A stretch of DNA of 64,000 bases. Origin: Patescibacteria group bacterium. GTDB lineage: Bacteria > Patescibacteriota > Minisyncoccia > Phycocordibacterales > Phycocordibacteraceae. The stretch covers positions 378,551-442,550 of the forward strand of contig JAIELV010000001.1 of NCBI GenBank assembly GCA_019752595.1, read 5' to 3'. Every line of letters starts with the position of its first letter. Within the stretch, counting starts at the first letter, position 1. Positions 10,438-21,232 of this stretch are shown here, one piece after another. The notes under the pieces are model-generated. The model made no database searches. It saw nothing but the letters and a program-made list of their open reading frames with translations, and had not been told where the DNA came from. The position numbers and the translations under genes were made by a program.

Positions 10438-10871
10438 TGACCAATCAAGAAAAACAACGCGCCCCGAACGGCCACGGCAGACGGGGTGTTGTTATGCGTA
10501 CTCGCGTAGAACATATCTTTCACGCTCTTGCAACAATTGAATCAGCTGATTCCTACACTGGAATGAGCGGACCACTTGCTGTAGCAGCATTTCGTAGATT
10601 ACAAGACAAAAGTGCCGAGGTTTCATTGGCTAGCTCCATCATAGACGGTTCGGATTTAGTTCCAGAGACACTCAAAGCGCGAGCGCGTTCGATAGCCCAC
10701 GCAATTCAGATAACAGTAGGCCGGTGCCGGACAATTGATAGACGTCGTCATGAACCGATTGAAACCGACTCGGAAGGCGTTACGCCTGGAATGAGAGACT
10801 TTCTTAAAAGAAGCGCGCAAGAGGCGGCGCGTATAGCAGCAAAAAGAATTCATATTATAAGGGGGGAGTAA
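10437..10871 (+). CDS. hypothetical protein downstream of ftsZ
   Basis: ATG overlaps the ftsZ stop (ATGA). 144 aa, no recognised domain. Confidence 0.4.
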   Translation: MTNQEKQRAPNGHGRRGVVMRTRVEHIFHALATIESADSYTGMSGPLAVAAFRRLQDKSAEVSLASSIIDGSDLVPETLKARARSIAHAIQITVGRCRTIDRRRHEPIETDSEGVTPGMRDFLKRSAQEAARIAAKRIHIIRGE

Positions 10872-10890
10872 AAAAAATTACCCATACAAC

Positions 10891-11175
10891 ATGTTAGTGG
10901 CCCGAGAACTCGTTGAACAATATCTCCGCAGTGAAGCTGAAGAGATTGCCACGATAGCCGCTCGAGAGGTGTCCAGAGCGATGCAACCAGGCTCGAATAT
11001 CGGTTTTAATCCCGAACTGCATCCTATTCAAATAGAAAACGCTACTGCGCATATTCATGCGTATCCCGCCCATCGGCAAGATTCGGAAGCATCAGACGCA
11101 ATGATGAAACGTGCACTTCACAACTGGGGCGTGATGTATCGCGCTCACGGTGCCCGCACAAGGAGATCTGACTAA
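10891..11175 (+). CDS. hypothetical protein
   Basis: 94-aa ORF with no motif. Confidence 0.3.
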   Translation: MLVARELVEQYLRSEAEEIATIAAREVSRAMQPGSNIGFNPELHPIQIENATAHIHAYPAHRQDSEASDAMMKRALHNWGVMYRAHGARTRRSD

Positions 11176-11234
11176 CACTATAACTCGTTTGTACACTTCC
11201 ATTCTTGTCTAGTCCGCTATACACTGTGTAGCTA

Positions 11235-12158
11235 ATGTACGACCTAGCGATTATCGGAGGAGGACCAGCGGCTTCAGCGGCGGCAGTCTACGCAGCACGT
11301 AAACTACTTAAAACGGTCATGGTTGCCGATTCTTTCGGTGGACAATCAGTGGTTTCGGAGGAAATTCAAAATTGGATAGGCACGGAAAAAATTTCAGGAA
11401 ACGATCTTGCAAAAAATCTTGAAGCACACGTGCGCGCATACGCGGGCGACGTTGTTGATATTAATAAGGGAGAGTGGGTAACCGCGATTACCGCAAAAGA
11501 CGGAGGCTTTTCAGTTGCAACAAAAAGCGGGAAAGCGTTTGATGCAAAGACGGTACTGGTTGCAACGGGCGGTTCACGCAGAAAACTTGAAGTGCCTGGC
11601 GCAGCTGAATTTGATAACAAAGGCCTTACCTACTGCGCATCCTGCGATGGCCCCCTATTCTCAGACATGGACGTCACGGTTGTCGGTGGCGGCAACGCGG
11701 GCTTTGAAACGGCCGCGCAGCTTCTCGCCTACTGTAAAAGCGTCACGCTTTTACACAGAAGCCCTGCATACAGCGCAGACCCAGTGACGGTTGCAAAAGT
11801 GCTCCAGCATCCAAACATGAAAGGTATTTTGAATGCGGAACCAACAGAAGTGTTTGGAGAAAAATTCGTAAAAGGCATAAAGTATAAAGACAAGACAACG
11901 GGCGAAATTCACACCCTCAACACGCCAGGCATTTTCGTTGAAATCGGATTGGTGCCATCAACAGATTTTGTAAAAGAGTTGGTTACTCTGAATAAAGTTG
12001 GAAAAATTGAAGTTGATCCGAAAACACAAATGACGAGCCGCGAAGGCGTGTGGGCTGCAGGTGACTGTACTGACGGGCTCTACCACCAAAACAACATTGC
12101 TGTCGGAGACGCAGTAAAAGCGATTGAAGACATCTACATCTTCCTCAAAACCCGTTAA
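11235..12158 (+). CDS. trxB: thioredoxin-disulfide reductase
   Basis: GGGPAASAA FAD-binding site, redox-active CASCDG motif, NAD(P)-binding GGGNAG. Confidence 0.9.
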   Translation: MYDLAIIGGGPAASAAAVYAARKLLKTVMVADSFGGQSVVSEEIQNWIGTEKISGNDLAKNLEAHVRAYAGDVVDINKGEWVTAITAKDGGFSVATKSGKAFDAKTVLVATGGSRRKLEVPGAAEFDNKGLTYCASCDGPLFSDMDVTVVGGGNAGFETAAQLLAYCKSVTLLHRSPAYSADPVTVAKVLQHPNMKGILNAEPTEVFGEKFVKGIKYKDKTTGEIHTLNTPGIFVEIGLVPSTDFVKELVTLNKVGKIEVDPKTQMTSREGVWAAGDCTDGLYHQNNIAVGDAVKAIEDIYIFLKTR

Positions 12159-12163
12159 CGCCT

Positions 12164-13093
12164 ATGTCCATTCTCATATCGGGCTCTCTTGCCTATGACC
12201 GCATACTAAATTTCGCTGGGAAATTTGCCGAACACATTCTTCCCGATAAAATTCACACACTCAATGTCAGCTTCTTCTCTCCAGAAATGGAAGAATCATT
12301 TGGCGGGACTGCGGGTAACATAGCGTACAACTTACAGCTACTCGAGGAATCCCCCATTCTTCTTGCTCGAGGAGGCAGTGATTTTCGAGATTACACTAAA
12401 TGGTTTGAGAAAAACCGCATACCGACAGAGAGTGTTGAAATTGATACCGAACTGAAAACAGCCGTCGCCACTATCATTACCGATGAGGCAAACAATCAAA
12501 TTGCTGCTTTTTACCCTGGCGCAATGCTTGAGCCATACAAAAAACCGATTCCCGAGGGACGTGTAGGAATTGTAGCTGCAGGAAATCCTGATGACATGAA
12601 ACATATGCCTAACGCTTTTAAAGAGCGTCACATTCCCTATATCTACGACCCCGCGCAGGGGATACCTATTCTTTCGGGAGAGGATTTGAAAGCGGGTATG
12701 ACAGGCGCAGAGATTGTTATTTCAAACGATTATGAGCTTTCACTCATGAAAGAAAAAACGGACTGGGATGAGGCGGAAATTCTGAAACATGCGAAAGTGC
12801 TTGTCACTACGCTTGGCGAGCAAGGTTCGCGCATTATGAGCTCCTCAGAGACACTCATAATCGCTCCCGCTGAGGCCGAGAGTGCAGAAGACCCCACAGG
12901 CGCGGGCGACGCGTACCGTGCAGGCTTTATTGCAGGGTACGTACGCGAATTTCCTCTGAAAACGTGCGGTCAGCTGGGTGCAATCGTCGCCTGTTATACT
13001 GTCGAACGGCACGGAACGCAGACGCACCGATTTACGCTTGCGGAATTGCGGGAACGCTATCATAAAAATTTTAATGAAACAGTGAATATATGA
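12164..13093 (+). CDS. PfkB-family carbohydrate/nucleoside kinase, possibly an adenosine kinase given the ahcY neighbour
   Basis: GGTAGN and DPTGAGDAY PfkB signatures. The stop overlaps the ahcY start. Confidence 0.8.
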   Translation: MSILISGSLAYDRILNFAGKFAEHILPDKIHTLNVSFFSPEMEESFGGTAGNIAYNLQLLEESPILLARGGSDFRDYTKWFEKNRIPTESVEIDTELKTAVATIITDEANNQIAAFYPGAMLEPYKKPIPEGRVGIVAAGNPDDMKHMPNAFKERHIPYIYDPAQGIPILSGEDLKAGMTGAEIVISNDYELSLMKEKTDWDEAEILKHAKVLVTTLGEQGSRIMSSSETLIIAPAEAESAEDPTGAGDAYRAGFIAGYVREFPLKTCGQLGAIVACYTVERHGTQTHRFTLAELRERYHKNFNETVNI

Positions 13094-14343
13094 GTGATGT
13101 TAAAGATGTAACCCTCGCTGCGGAAGGTAAGAAGAGAATTGAATGGGCAGAGCGTGACATGCCAGTATTGCGCTCGGTACGCGAAGAGTTTGCAAGAACA
13201 CAAATTTTTAAGGACATGAATTTTTCTGCGTGCCTCCACGTAACGGCGGAAACGGCGAACCTCATGCGCACACTAAAAGCAGGTGGCGCGAATGTACTTT
13301 TGGTTGCCTCAAATCCGCTCTCAACGCAGGACGACGTCGCTGCTTCCCTCTCTGTTGATTACGGCATCGAGGTGCATGCAATCCGCGGCGAAGACAAAGA
13401 CACATTCTTTAAACACATCGAGGCAGCACTCGCACACAAGCCCGTTATCACTATGGATGATGGTGCGGATTTGATAACAACGTTGCACCAAAAATATCCT
13501 GACCAAGTAAAGGAAATTATGGGCTCAATGGAGGAAACAACAACGGGTGTTATTCGCCTTCGTGCGATGGAAAAAGACGGCGCACTAAAGCTCCCTGTTG
13601 TTGCCGTAAACGATGCAAAAACAAAGAACCTCTTCGATAACCGCTACGGTACAGGCCAGTCCACTTTGGACGGTATTATCCGTGCAACCGACAGTTTGAT
13701 TGCAGGAAAAGTGGTTGTGGTCGGCGGCTACGGCTGGTGCGGTAAGGGTTTTGCCATGCGTGCCCGCGGTATGGGTGCCCACGTTATCGTGACCGAAATC
13801 GACTCTATAAAGGCCTTAGAAGCCGTTATGGACGGCTTTGAAGTCATGCCTATGGAAGCGGCGGCTAAGAAAGGAGACATATTTTGCACTCTTACGGGCG
13901 ACATAAACGTTATAGATAAGGACGATTTCCCACTTATGAAAGACGGGGCAATTCTCTGCAATTCAGGCCATTTTGACGTCGAAATTAACCTCAAGGCGCT
14001 CGAGGCAATGGCTGAGAAAGTCACGAAAAATGTGCGTAAAAACGTTGATGAATTCTTGGTCAAAGGGAAAAGAATTTACGTTATCGGCGAAGGACGCTTG
14101 GTAAACCTTGCCGCGGCAGAAGGTCACCCTGCATCCGTTATGGATATGAGCTTTGCCACGCAAGCCCTCGCCTCTTCATGGGTTGTTGAGAACCGCGGGA
14201 AACTTTCCGCACGCGTATACGACATCGACGAAGCAATTGAGAAGCGTGTCGCTGACTTCAAACTCAACTCCATGGGCGTTTCAATCGACACACTTACAGA
14301 AGAGCAAAAACACTACCTCGACAGCTGGCAACACGGCACATAA
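13090..14343 (+). CDS. ahcY: adenosylhomocysteinase
   Basis: 417 aa. NAD-binding GYGWCGKG and the conserved SAHH core. Confidence 0.93.
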   Translation: MSDVKDVTLAAEGKKRIEWAERDMPVLRSVREEFARTQIFKDMNFSACLHVTAETANLMRTLKAGGANVLLVASNPLSTQDDVAASLSVDYGIEVHAIRGEDKDTFFKHIEAALAHKPVITMDDGADLITTLHQKYPDQVKEIMGSMEETTTGVIRLRAMEKDGALKLPVVAVNDAKTKNLFDNRYGTGQSTLDGIIRATDSLIAGKVVVVGGYGWCGKGFAMRARGMGAHVIVTEIDSIKALEAVMDGFEVMPMEAAAKKGDIFCTLTGDINVIDKDDFPLMKDGAILCNSGHFDVEINLKALEAMAEKVTKNVRKNVDEFLVKGKRIYVIGEGRLVNLAAAEGHPASVMDMSFATQALASSWVVENRGKLSARVYDIDEAIEKRVADFKLNSMGVSIDTLTEEQKHYLDSWQHGT

Positions 14344-14373
14344 ACAAAAACGCCCCATTCGGGGCGTTTTTTA
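14344..14373. terminator. bidirectional rho-independent terminator
   Basis: CGCCCCATTCGGGGCG hairpin with an A-run upstream and a T-run downstream, between convergent ahcY and fba. Confidence 0.6.
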
Positions 14374-15321
14374 TTTCTTAAGAAGTTCCTTTACTGCGTC
14401 TATTTGATTCGCTGAGCCGAAGACTTCGTTTTTGTGCGCGATGAAGTTCGCATACTCTTCCATGTACTGTTTGCCCGGGTCTCGCAAATCGATACCAGCA
14501 GGTTTATCGCGTAAATATTCGCGGTGAACAGAGGTCCAGATTAATCGCCCGTCGGTATCAATGTTAATTTTTACAACGCCGTACTTATGCACGTCACGCA
14601 AATCATTTTCATTAACACCTTTTGCTCCCGACAATTTTCCTCCCGCCGCTTCAATGCGTTGCACCTCCTCCTGCGGAACTGACGACGAACCGTGCATGAC
14701 CATTGGCAATCCAGGCAATGCTTTATTCAACTCTTGCAGGCGGTCAAAATGAATCTTCTGGGAGCCAGAGAATTTGTACGCGCCGTGGCTGGTGCCGACC
14801 GCAACGGCAAGGCTGTCGCATCCCGTCATTTCCACAAACTTCTTTGCTTCTTCAACATCAGTCAGGTGTGCGTTCGCTTCATCGACGGCAATATGTTCCT
14901 CAACTCCTCCCAATTGCCCTATTTCCGCTTCCACACGAATTCCCTTTTCGTGCGCATGGTCTACGACACGTTTAGTGATTTCAACATTCTTTTCAAACGA
15001 CTCCATCGAGGCATCAATCATGATGCTCGAATAAAAGCCTGAATCAATTGAATCATGCGCTGAATCCTCATCACCATGGTCCAGGTGCACCGCAAAAATC
15101 ACATCAGGGAACATTTTGTCGCATTCCCGAATCAGCGCTTCCAAGATTTGTTTTCCTGCGTATTTTCTTGCGCCTCGCGATATCTGGAGTATGAATGGAG
15201 CTTTTGACTGCTGATTCCCGCGGAACAGACCGAGAATCTGCTCCATGTTGTTGATGTTATACGCACCGATTGAAAACTTTCCGTATGCCGCTGCAAACAA
15301 TTCTTTTGTGGTAACAATCAT
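14371..15321 (-). CDS. fba: fructose-bisphosphate aldolase, class II
   Basis: Class II FBA motifs (HLDHG, GTSHG). Confidence 0.88.
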   Translation of the reverse strand: MIVTTKELFAAAYGKFSIGAYNINNMEQILGLFRGNQQSKAPFILQISRGARKYAGKQILEALIRECDKMFPDVIFAVHLDHGDEDSAHDSIDSGFYSSIMIDASMESFEKNVEITKRVVDHAHEKGIRVEAEIGQLGGVEEHIAVDEANAHLTDVEEAKKFVEMTGCDSLAVAVGTSHGAYKFSGSQKIHFDRLQELNKALPGLPMVMHGSSSVPQEEVQRIEAAGGKLSGAKGVNENDLRDVHKYGVVKINIDTDGRLIWTSVHREYLRDKPAGIDLRDPGKQYMEEYANFIAHKNEVFGSANQIDAVKELLKK

Positions 15322-15339
15322 AAATAGTCTTTAATGTTA

Positions 15340-16122
15340 TTAAGATTTCACGGGCGACACCTTATTTAAAAGTGCCATAATCTCGCCATGAAGAACAGTG
15401 CTTGAACATAACTGCCCTTCCTGATCGCGGTCAAAGCGTTCAGGCACGTTTCCGAAAAGATCGGTCGCCTTTCCTCCCGCCTCTTCAACCAGCAATTTCG
15501 ACGGGGTCATGTCATACACGGAGCGACCACCAAAGAGAGACGCAGAAAATTCCCCCGCCGCAACCAAGGCACTCATGTAATGAATAGAAAGACCGACAAT
15601 TGAAGTTCCGCCGTGCGCTTTTATTGCTTCCAAAAGCGGGTGCAAATTCCTAACCTCTTTCAGTTTCCCCATACCAACCACCGTCCGCTGAAGGGTCGCG
15701 GATTCCGTTACGTGTATCTTCTTTCCGTTCATGAAGGCCCCCTTGCCTTTTTCTGCCGTAAACATACGGTCAAGAAACGGATCGTATACAACACTAAGTA
15801 TAGGTGTACCTGATTGTGTCAATGCAAGCGCAAACGTTGCAGTGGGAATACCGTGTGAGAAATTGTGTGTGCCGTCGACAGGATCGCAAATCCATACATA
15901 TTCGCTTTTTTCAGAGAAATCATCGCCTTCTTCGGAAAGAACGCTGTGCTCAGGGTAGGCATCCTTGAGTGCCTTGAGTACCAAATCATTAATAGCGAGG
16001 TCGGTTGCGGTAACAGGCGTGTTGTTATCTTTCCACTCCTGGTTGCAGTTCAGAGTGAAATTCTTCTTTATTATCTCGCCAGCCTGTTTTGCTAAATCTT
16101 TCGCTACATCACTATGCGCCAT
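15340..16122 (-). CDS. inositol monophosphatase / FBPase-family phosphatase
   Basis: DPVDGT and EEG motifs of the IMPase superfamily. Confidence 0.8.
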   Translation of the reverse strand: MAHSDVAKDLAKQAGEIIKKNFTLNCNQEWKDNNTPVTATDLAINDLVLKALKDAYPEHSVLSEEGDDFSEKSEYVWICDPVDGTHNFSHGIPTATFALALTQSGTPILSVVYDPFLDRMFTAEKGKGAFMNGKKIHVTESATLQRTVVGMGKLKEVRNLHPLLEAIKAHGGTSIVGLSIHYMSALVAAGEFSASLFGGRSVYDMTPSKLLVEEAGGKATDLFGNVPERFDRDQEGQLCSSTVLHGEIMALLNKVSPVKS

Positions 16123-16161
16123 ATATGTATCTGAATGCGCCTAGTATACCCTTCAGGACTG

Positions 16162-17508
16162 TTACTTGGCTAGCGGAAGGGTAACAATGAAATGCGAACC
16201 AACGCCCTGAATTGATTCTACGGAAACCGTACCTTTCATTGCTTCCACAATCTGTTTGGTGATCCATAAACCTAAGCCCGTGCCCACCTCTTTTCTTACG
16301 CGGTCGCCTGGCACACGGTAAAACTTTCCGAAAAGTTTTTTCACATCTTCCGCACTCATACCAATACCCGTGTCGGATACACGCAAGACAAAATTCTTGC
16401 CATCACTCTTCCCACTGATAGTTATTTCTCCTTTGTCGGAATACTTTACGGCGTTTGAAACAAAGTTCGTCACTACCTGACGCAATCGTCCCTCATCCGC
16501 CGTAATCAGAACGCCTGACGGCACCTGAACCGCTACGGCAAGCCCTTTCGCGCTTGCAGCAGGAGTCAGGCCTTCGGCTACGGACTGTATAACTGATGCG
16601 GGATCAAAATCTTTTATTGCGTACTCCAGTCTTCCCTGCTCAATGCGTGCGACGTCTAGAATGTCTGCAATCAGCATGTTTTGCGCCTGCGCAGCGTCGT
16701 CAATGCGTTTCAAGAGCTCAGGTGCATTTTCTGCATGGACACCTTTTTCTTTTAGTTCCGCTACATACCCACGAATAATTGTGAGCGGAGAACGAAGCTC
16801 ATGCGACACCATACCAACGAAATCGTCTTTCAATTGGTCAACTTCTTTCAAACGGCGATAGAGCTCTGTGTAGTCAATAATGCGTGCGTGATGAAAAAAG
16901 AGAAACAGGAGCAATAAGAGAATTCCAAATAAAATGAAAAAGCTCGTTTGAATATTGCCTGCTATCTGTCGGTCGGCCTCAGAGAGGCTTTGGCGTGTGA
17001 GAAGGACCCCGAGCGTCTGTTTATCTTCAGAAAGAATGGCGCGCGCGGTTCTAAAAAAACGCTTTCCACCAAGAACCTCTTCAACGGTAAACGATTGCTC
17101 TGGCTCGGCAACCGCAAGCGAAAGTACGAAGTCATATCCCACTAAATTAGTCCCTCGCTGAGCCTCATTCAGTGCCGATGTAATTATCCATGCGTCCCCT
17201 ATTTTTTCGACTGCAAGAAATTCGACGATGGTGGGATTTCTATCCGCCATGTCGCGCATGTAGAGAGAAAGTTTCTCAGGGTCGCGTATGTAGAGGGCCG
17301 ACAGCGGTGCGAATGCATCTTGCAGAGATCCCACGCGCACATTTACCAGCCTGTCCTGCGCATCTTGTGCAATCGTTGAAAAACGATTTGCAATATATAT
17401 AAATGAAACAAAAATCGCTACTGCGACAAAAACGGTGAGCCACAGTTGTGGATTTGCAAATATTTTTGCTAAACCGCGCGAAAGTGTTCGGGTATCAAAA
17501 AGAGACAT
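16162..17508 (-). CDS. sensor histidine kinase (2 TM helices, HisKA plus HATPase_c)
   Basis: H-box HELRSPLT, and N, G1 and G2 boxes (GTGLGL). No response regulator nearby. Confidence 0.85.
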   Translation of the reverse strand: MSLFDTRTLSRGLAKIFANPQLWLTVFVAVAIFVSFIYIANRFSTIAQDAQDRLVNVRVGSLQDAFAPLSALYIRDPEKLSLYMRDMADRNPTIVEFLAVEKIGDAWIITSALNEAQRGTNLVGYDFVLSLAVAEPEQSFTVEEVLGGKRFFRTARAILSEDKQTLGVLLTRQSLSEADRQIAGNIQTSFFILFGILLLLLFLFFHHARIIDYTELYRRLKEVDQLKDDFVGMVSHELRSPLTIIRGYVAELKEKGVHAENAPELLKRIDDAAQAQNMLIADILDVARIEQGRLEYAIKDFDPASVIQSVAEGLTPAASAKGLAVAVQVPSGVLITADEGRLRQVVTNFVSNAVKYSDKGEITISGKSDGKNFVLRVSDTGIGMSAEDVKKLFGKFYRVPGDRVRKEVGTGLGLWITKQIVEAMKGTVSVESIQGVGSHFIVTLPLAK

Positions 17509-17512
17509 TCCG

Positions 17513-19162
17513 TTATACAGCTACAGTCGGATCTTTGGGACCTGCACGAAGCACTCCGAGAATAATGAGGGCAATCAAGGCAAATACGACAAACGCCACG
17601 ACACCGACAAGGGTTAAGTTACTTTGCAAAAGCGAAAGCGGAGTGACTTCAGGAGTTTCGGGTATCAAAAGCGGAGTAAATTCGGCAGCTTCCGCACGCT
17701 TTACGAACGGCACTGCAGGGCTTTTTGCCAAAATACGTCCACCTGCGTCAACGGTGGCAACATACAACTCGTGATTGCCATCCTCAAGCTCGGTGTCTAA
17801 GGTGTAACTCCATGCACCACTTGCATCTGCTTTCACTGTAACAACTACGGGCGTTGAAAACACATACAATGTGACGAAACTGTTTGGAAGCGCGCGTCCT
17901 GAAAACGTAACTTCTTCCTTAAACGCAGGTAACGAGGATATGTCGGATTTTACAGCCCCACTCGTGTCAGGTTCAGAATCAAAAGGTTTCAATGTGACAT
18001 TAATCGTGTGAACCTCGAACACATTTTCTGCTACTTCCCCTGCAACTTTTGGAGATTCAACAGGAACCTGTATAACATCCGTCGTAAGCACGTTAAAGCC
18101 AAGAAGCACGCGTTCGCCGTCCGTCAGGAAACTTCCTGAAGTATACGCATTCTGGGGATCCGTGTTGTATATGTTTTGCTCGTCGTAATTTGAAATACCG
18201 TCCCTGTCTACGTCTTCGTACAAACCAAGACCGCCACGACCCAAAAGTTCTTCCCGTGCCTTTGACACTTGCTCGGTGTTTTCCGAAACCACCTCCAGGA
18301 CCGTGCGTGCGGACGGTGAGAGGTCCACATCAACACCCGTGTCAGCTTTAATGAGCAAGCGGAGCTCATCAAGTGACGACTTCAACACTGGTTGCAGTTC
18401 GTTTGCTCCTACACGTTCGTCGCCTGAAGCGATGGTGGAGCGTACATCTTGAGAAAGTTTTGCAGTCAGCGTTTCAATACGCCTCCGACGCTCGTCCACA
18501 TCAAACGCGCGCGTTGATGGTTCTTTTGGCTCTCGAGTAGAAAGTTGCGCTTTGTCGAATGCGTTTTCTACTTCTCGCGTCACACGGTCGCGTACGGCAT
18601 TTTCTACTCTTCTCACCTCGCGCTGGAATTGTCGAAGTGATGCACCGATATCACTTATCATCTCCTGCGCGCCTGTATTCTCTGGAGTACGCTCTACACC
18701 AGGGAGTGCTCCCGTACTCGTTGCGGGAGTATCCCGTGGCACAGGAACAGGCGTGGGCACAGGAACAGGCTGCGTAATCAAAACGCGTGGCGCGGAGTCG
18801 TTTGGCTGAACGGGTGGTTGCACGACCGTAGTTCCAGTTGGTGGTGTCGACGTTGGAATAACTATCGGAACATACCAATCAGGAAGCTGAATCTGAATGT
18901 TACTAAGGTCTATGGTTGTCGTGGCAACGTCTTCGTCATCAGTGTCAGAACCCATCGGTTCATTCGTCCTCTCACCACCGTCTTCACCTACTTGCCGACT
19001 CGGATCCCATCCTGCAGGTCGAGTTGACGAGGAAACACCAAGCGCACCGACAGTGTTTGCGGTTAACGCATCTCCTGAGGTCAGGGCGTTCATACCACCT
19101 ATAAGGCCGACACAGAGGAGTGCGAACAACGAAAGCATGCCCAAAAGCGGTGCGGGCTTCAT
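17513..19162 (-). CDS. secreted/surface protein with Pro-rich linker, coiled coil, Ig-like domain and C-terminal TM anchor
   Basis: Signal peptide, PVPVPTPVPVP tract, Asp-rich calcium-binding-like DVDRDGISNYDE, C-terminal hydrophobic anchor. Confidence 0.6.
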   Translation of the reverse strand: MKPAPLLGMLSLFALLCVGLIGGMNALTSGDALTANTVGALGVSSSTRPAGWDPSRQVGEDGGERTNEPMGSDTDDEDVATTTIDLSNIQIQLPDWYVPIVIPTSTPPTGTTVVQPPVQPNDSAPRVLITQPVPVPTPVPVPRDTPATSTGALPGVERTPENTGAQEMISDIGASLRQFQREVRRVENAVRDRVTREVENAFDKAQLSTREPKEPSTRAFDVDERRRRIETLTAKLSQDVRSTIASGDERVGANELQPVLKSSLDELRLLIKADTGVDVDLSPSARTVLEVVSENTEQVSKAREELLGRGGLGLYEDVDRDGISNYDEQNIYNTDPQNAYTSGSFLTDGERVLLGFNVLTTDVIQVPVESPKVAGEVAENVFEVHTINVTLKPFDSEPDTSGAVKSDISSLPAFKEEVTFSGRALPNSFVTLYVFSTPVVVTVKADASGAWSYTLDTELEDGNHELYVATVDAGGRILAKSPAVPFVKRAEAAEFTPLLIPETPEVTPLSLLQSNLTLVGVVAFVVFALIALIILGVLRAGPKDPTVAV

Positions 19163-19222
19163 TAGGAGTATCGTACCACCACACTACAGCACCCTTAGGT
19201 CGCCCGAACGTTCGTGTGGAAA

Positions 19223-19894
19223 TCAGTTCTTATGGAAAAAACTGAACTTCGTATCGTGGTCGTAATGGTCAACTCCTTCTTTGTTTTTCAGAAACGCGAC
19301 GGCTTGATACGTAACTGGAGTGGCAAGAATTTCAATTGCCAACTTGAAGACGTAGTTTGAAACTGCGATAGAGATCAGGAGTTCGTTCGGCAAAATACCC
19401 CAAAACGCAATTGCAACGAACAAGGTTGTATCAAGAGCCTGCGCTACCACAGATGAACCAATGGTGCGCGCCCACAGATGTCTTCCTGAGGTCATTACTT
19501 TCATTTTTGCCAGTATGATCGCGTTCACGAAGGAGCCAAGAAAATATGCGACAAGACTTGCAAGAACAATACGAGGTGTCATGCCAAGAATTGCTTCATA
19601 TGCCGCTTGATGCGCCCAATCAGCTGCTGGCGGGAGCACACCAACAATTGACGTCATTAGCGCGAGGAGGAACGTTGAGAAAAAGCCCATCCAGATAACC
19701 GCACGCGCTTTTTTGAATCCATAGACCTCGGTCAGCACGTCTCCGAGGATGTACGCCAACGGAAACAGAAGAGTGCCCGCATCAAATACAAACCAGGTGA
19801 GGTCGGTAATTTTTGTCGAAACAATATTTGATATCAAAAGGACCGTAACAAAAAATACGGAAATGACTGTGAAGTATTTGTACGAGTGCGACAT
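19223..19894 (-). CDS. queuosine-precursor transporter family (YhhQ/DUF165-like) membrane protein
   Basis: Polytopic membrane protein with a YhhQ-like conserved pattern (SNI...K.....DxG......YxLxDVLTEVYG). Confidence 0.65.
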   Translation of the reverse strand: MSHSYKYFTVISVFFVTVLLISNIVSTKITDLTWFVFDAGTLLFPLAYILGDVLTEVYGFKKARAVIWMGFFSTFLLALMTSIVGVLPPAADWAHQAAYEAILGMTPRIVLASLVAYFLGSFVNAIILAKMKVMTSGRHLWARTIGSSVVAQALDTTLFVAIAFWGILPNELLISIAVSNYVFKLAIEILATPVTYQAVAFLKNKEGVDHYDHDTKFSFFHKN

Positions 19895-19899
19895 AATTT

Positions 19900-20718
19900 T
19901 TAAAGTTTATGAGTAAGATCTCCAACTGGAACGAGTGTAATACGATTTAGATTAGGGCTAAGTACTTTTACTAATCTGTGAAGACGTGCCATTTCGACAT
20001 CTAACTCTTCCTTGGATCTAATTCTTTGCTCCGAAAAGACGAAAAGCTTGCTTTCGACAAGCTCTATATCATGCCTCCATTCGTCCACATCTAATACTGC
20101 AAGCACATCTGGGGTCAGAATTTCAAATGCTTCTCGTTCGTACCCTTTTGGAGCATATAATCTGAATTTTTGATTGAATCCTGGGGGTGGTGAAACACGA
20201 GGAAGGAAAAACTCTTTTATTCCCGAAAGGCTTTTGTTGTGCGTGTTATTAAGATAGAAGTGTGGGAAGGTACCCGAAAACACTACTTCGAACACGGAGT
20301 AGAACCTATATTCGGCAGATTTACCAAAACCGTTTTGGTAGCTGTATTGAAAAAATCGAAAAGCGCGGTCCTCAATCGTTCCCATAAGTCCGTGTGTGGT
20401 TGATTTATTGTGACCTTCACGGAACATCAATGCATCATTTTGAAAGTACGGCTTCCAAACATACGTGTACCCGTATTCAGCTGCCAACTCTTTCCAAAAA
20501 CGTTCAGCGAGCTTTGAGAGATGAGAAACGTACAGCACCACGACTACCGACGCCAAAAATGCCGCGAGGACAAACACTCCTGCTACCACCTCTACGGGAA
20601 TGAGGGAAAAATAAATACTCGTAACGCCGAAAATTATAAGTAATACGTCAAGCAACGCAAAACCTAAGAGTATATACACGAATTGCTGTTCCGATACTTT
20701 TTGTTCGTTTTGAATCAT
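19900..20718 (-). CDS. membrane protein, hypothetical
   Basis: Two N-terminal TM helices. The longer ORF (to 20769) would overlap tRNA-Ser, so I chose the ATG at 20718. Confidence 0.5.
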   Translation of the reverse strand: MIQNEQKVSEQQFVYILLGFALLDVLLIIFGVTSIYFSLIPVEVVAGVFVLAAFLASVVVVLYVSHLSKLAERFWKELAAEYGYTYVWKPYFQNDALMFREGHNKSTTHGLMGTIEDRAFRFFQYSYQNGFGKSAEYRFYSVFEVVFSGTFPHFYLNNTHNKSLSGIKEFFLPRVSPPPGFNQKFRLYAPKGYEREAFEILTPDVLAVLDVDEWRHDIELVESKLFVFSEQRIRSKEELDVEMARLHRLVKVLSPNLNRITLVPVGDLTHKL

Positions 20719-20722
20719 AGAG

Positions 20723-20809
20723 CGGAGAGGGAGGGATTCGAACCCTCGGTACAGTTTCCCATACGCCACATTTCGAGTGTGGTGCCTTCGACCACTCAGC
20801 CACCTCTCC
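20723..20809 (-). tRNA. tRNA-Ser (anticodon CGA)
   Basis: Manual fold: acceptor GGAGAGG/CCTCTCC, anticodon loop CUCGAAA, long variable arm, T-loop GGTTCGAAT. No CCA encoded. Confidence 0.9.
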
Positions 20810-20929
20810 TTGGATGCAACTTCGCGATTCTAGCATTTTTCAATCAAAATGCTATATTTCAAGCCACGGCTTCATGCAATGAAGCCGCTCGGCTCATAAA
20901 GAGCGCCTTCTGCGATAGCAGAAGGATCG

Positions 20930-20969
20930 GCCCGCCAAACGTGCAGCTCTGCTCACGTTTGAGTGGCCT
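20930..20969. repeat. 40-bp direct repeat, copy 1, containing the hairpin AAACGTG...CACGTTT
   Basis: Identical to 21041-21080. Confidence 0.85.
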
Positions 20970-21040
20970 TCTTGAAACAGTTTTGCTCACGCAAAACCTC
21001 GGCTTAGAAAAAGCCCTTATCTGCTAAAGCAGATAACTCA

Positions 21041-21080
21041 GCCCGCCAAACGTGCAGCTCTGCTCACGTTTGAGTGGCCT
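21041..21080. repeat. 40-bp direct repeat, copy 2
   Basis: Identical to 20930-20969. Confidence 0.85.
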
Positions 21081-21127
21081 CGCTCGAAGAAAATGAATTC
21101 GTACACGATTCATTTTCCTTCTCGCTC

Positions 21128-21199
21128 GGCCCCATCGTCTAACGGCTAGGACGCATCCCTTTCACGGATGAAATCGGAGTTCGATTCTCCGTGGGGTCA
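21128..21199 (+). tRNA. tRNA-Glu (anticodon TTC)
   Basis: Manual fold: acceptor GGCCCCA/TGGGGTC, anticodon loop CTTTCAC, T-arm CGGAG-TTCGATT-CTCCG. Confidence 0.88.
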
Positions 21200-21204
21200 T
21201 GATT

Positions 21205-21232
21205 CATAAAACCGCCTTGTGGCGGTTTTTGT
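21205..21232 (+). terminator. rho-independent terminator after tRNA-Glu
   Basis: AACCGCCTTGTGGCGGTT followed by a T-run. Confidence 0.6.

Noticed and set aside
20648-20836. 62-aa ORF MLESRSCIQGEVAEWSKAPHSKCGV...
   Set aside because: This is the translation of the tRNA-Ser(CGA) gene itself.
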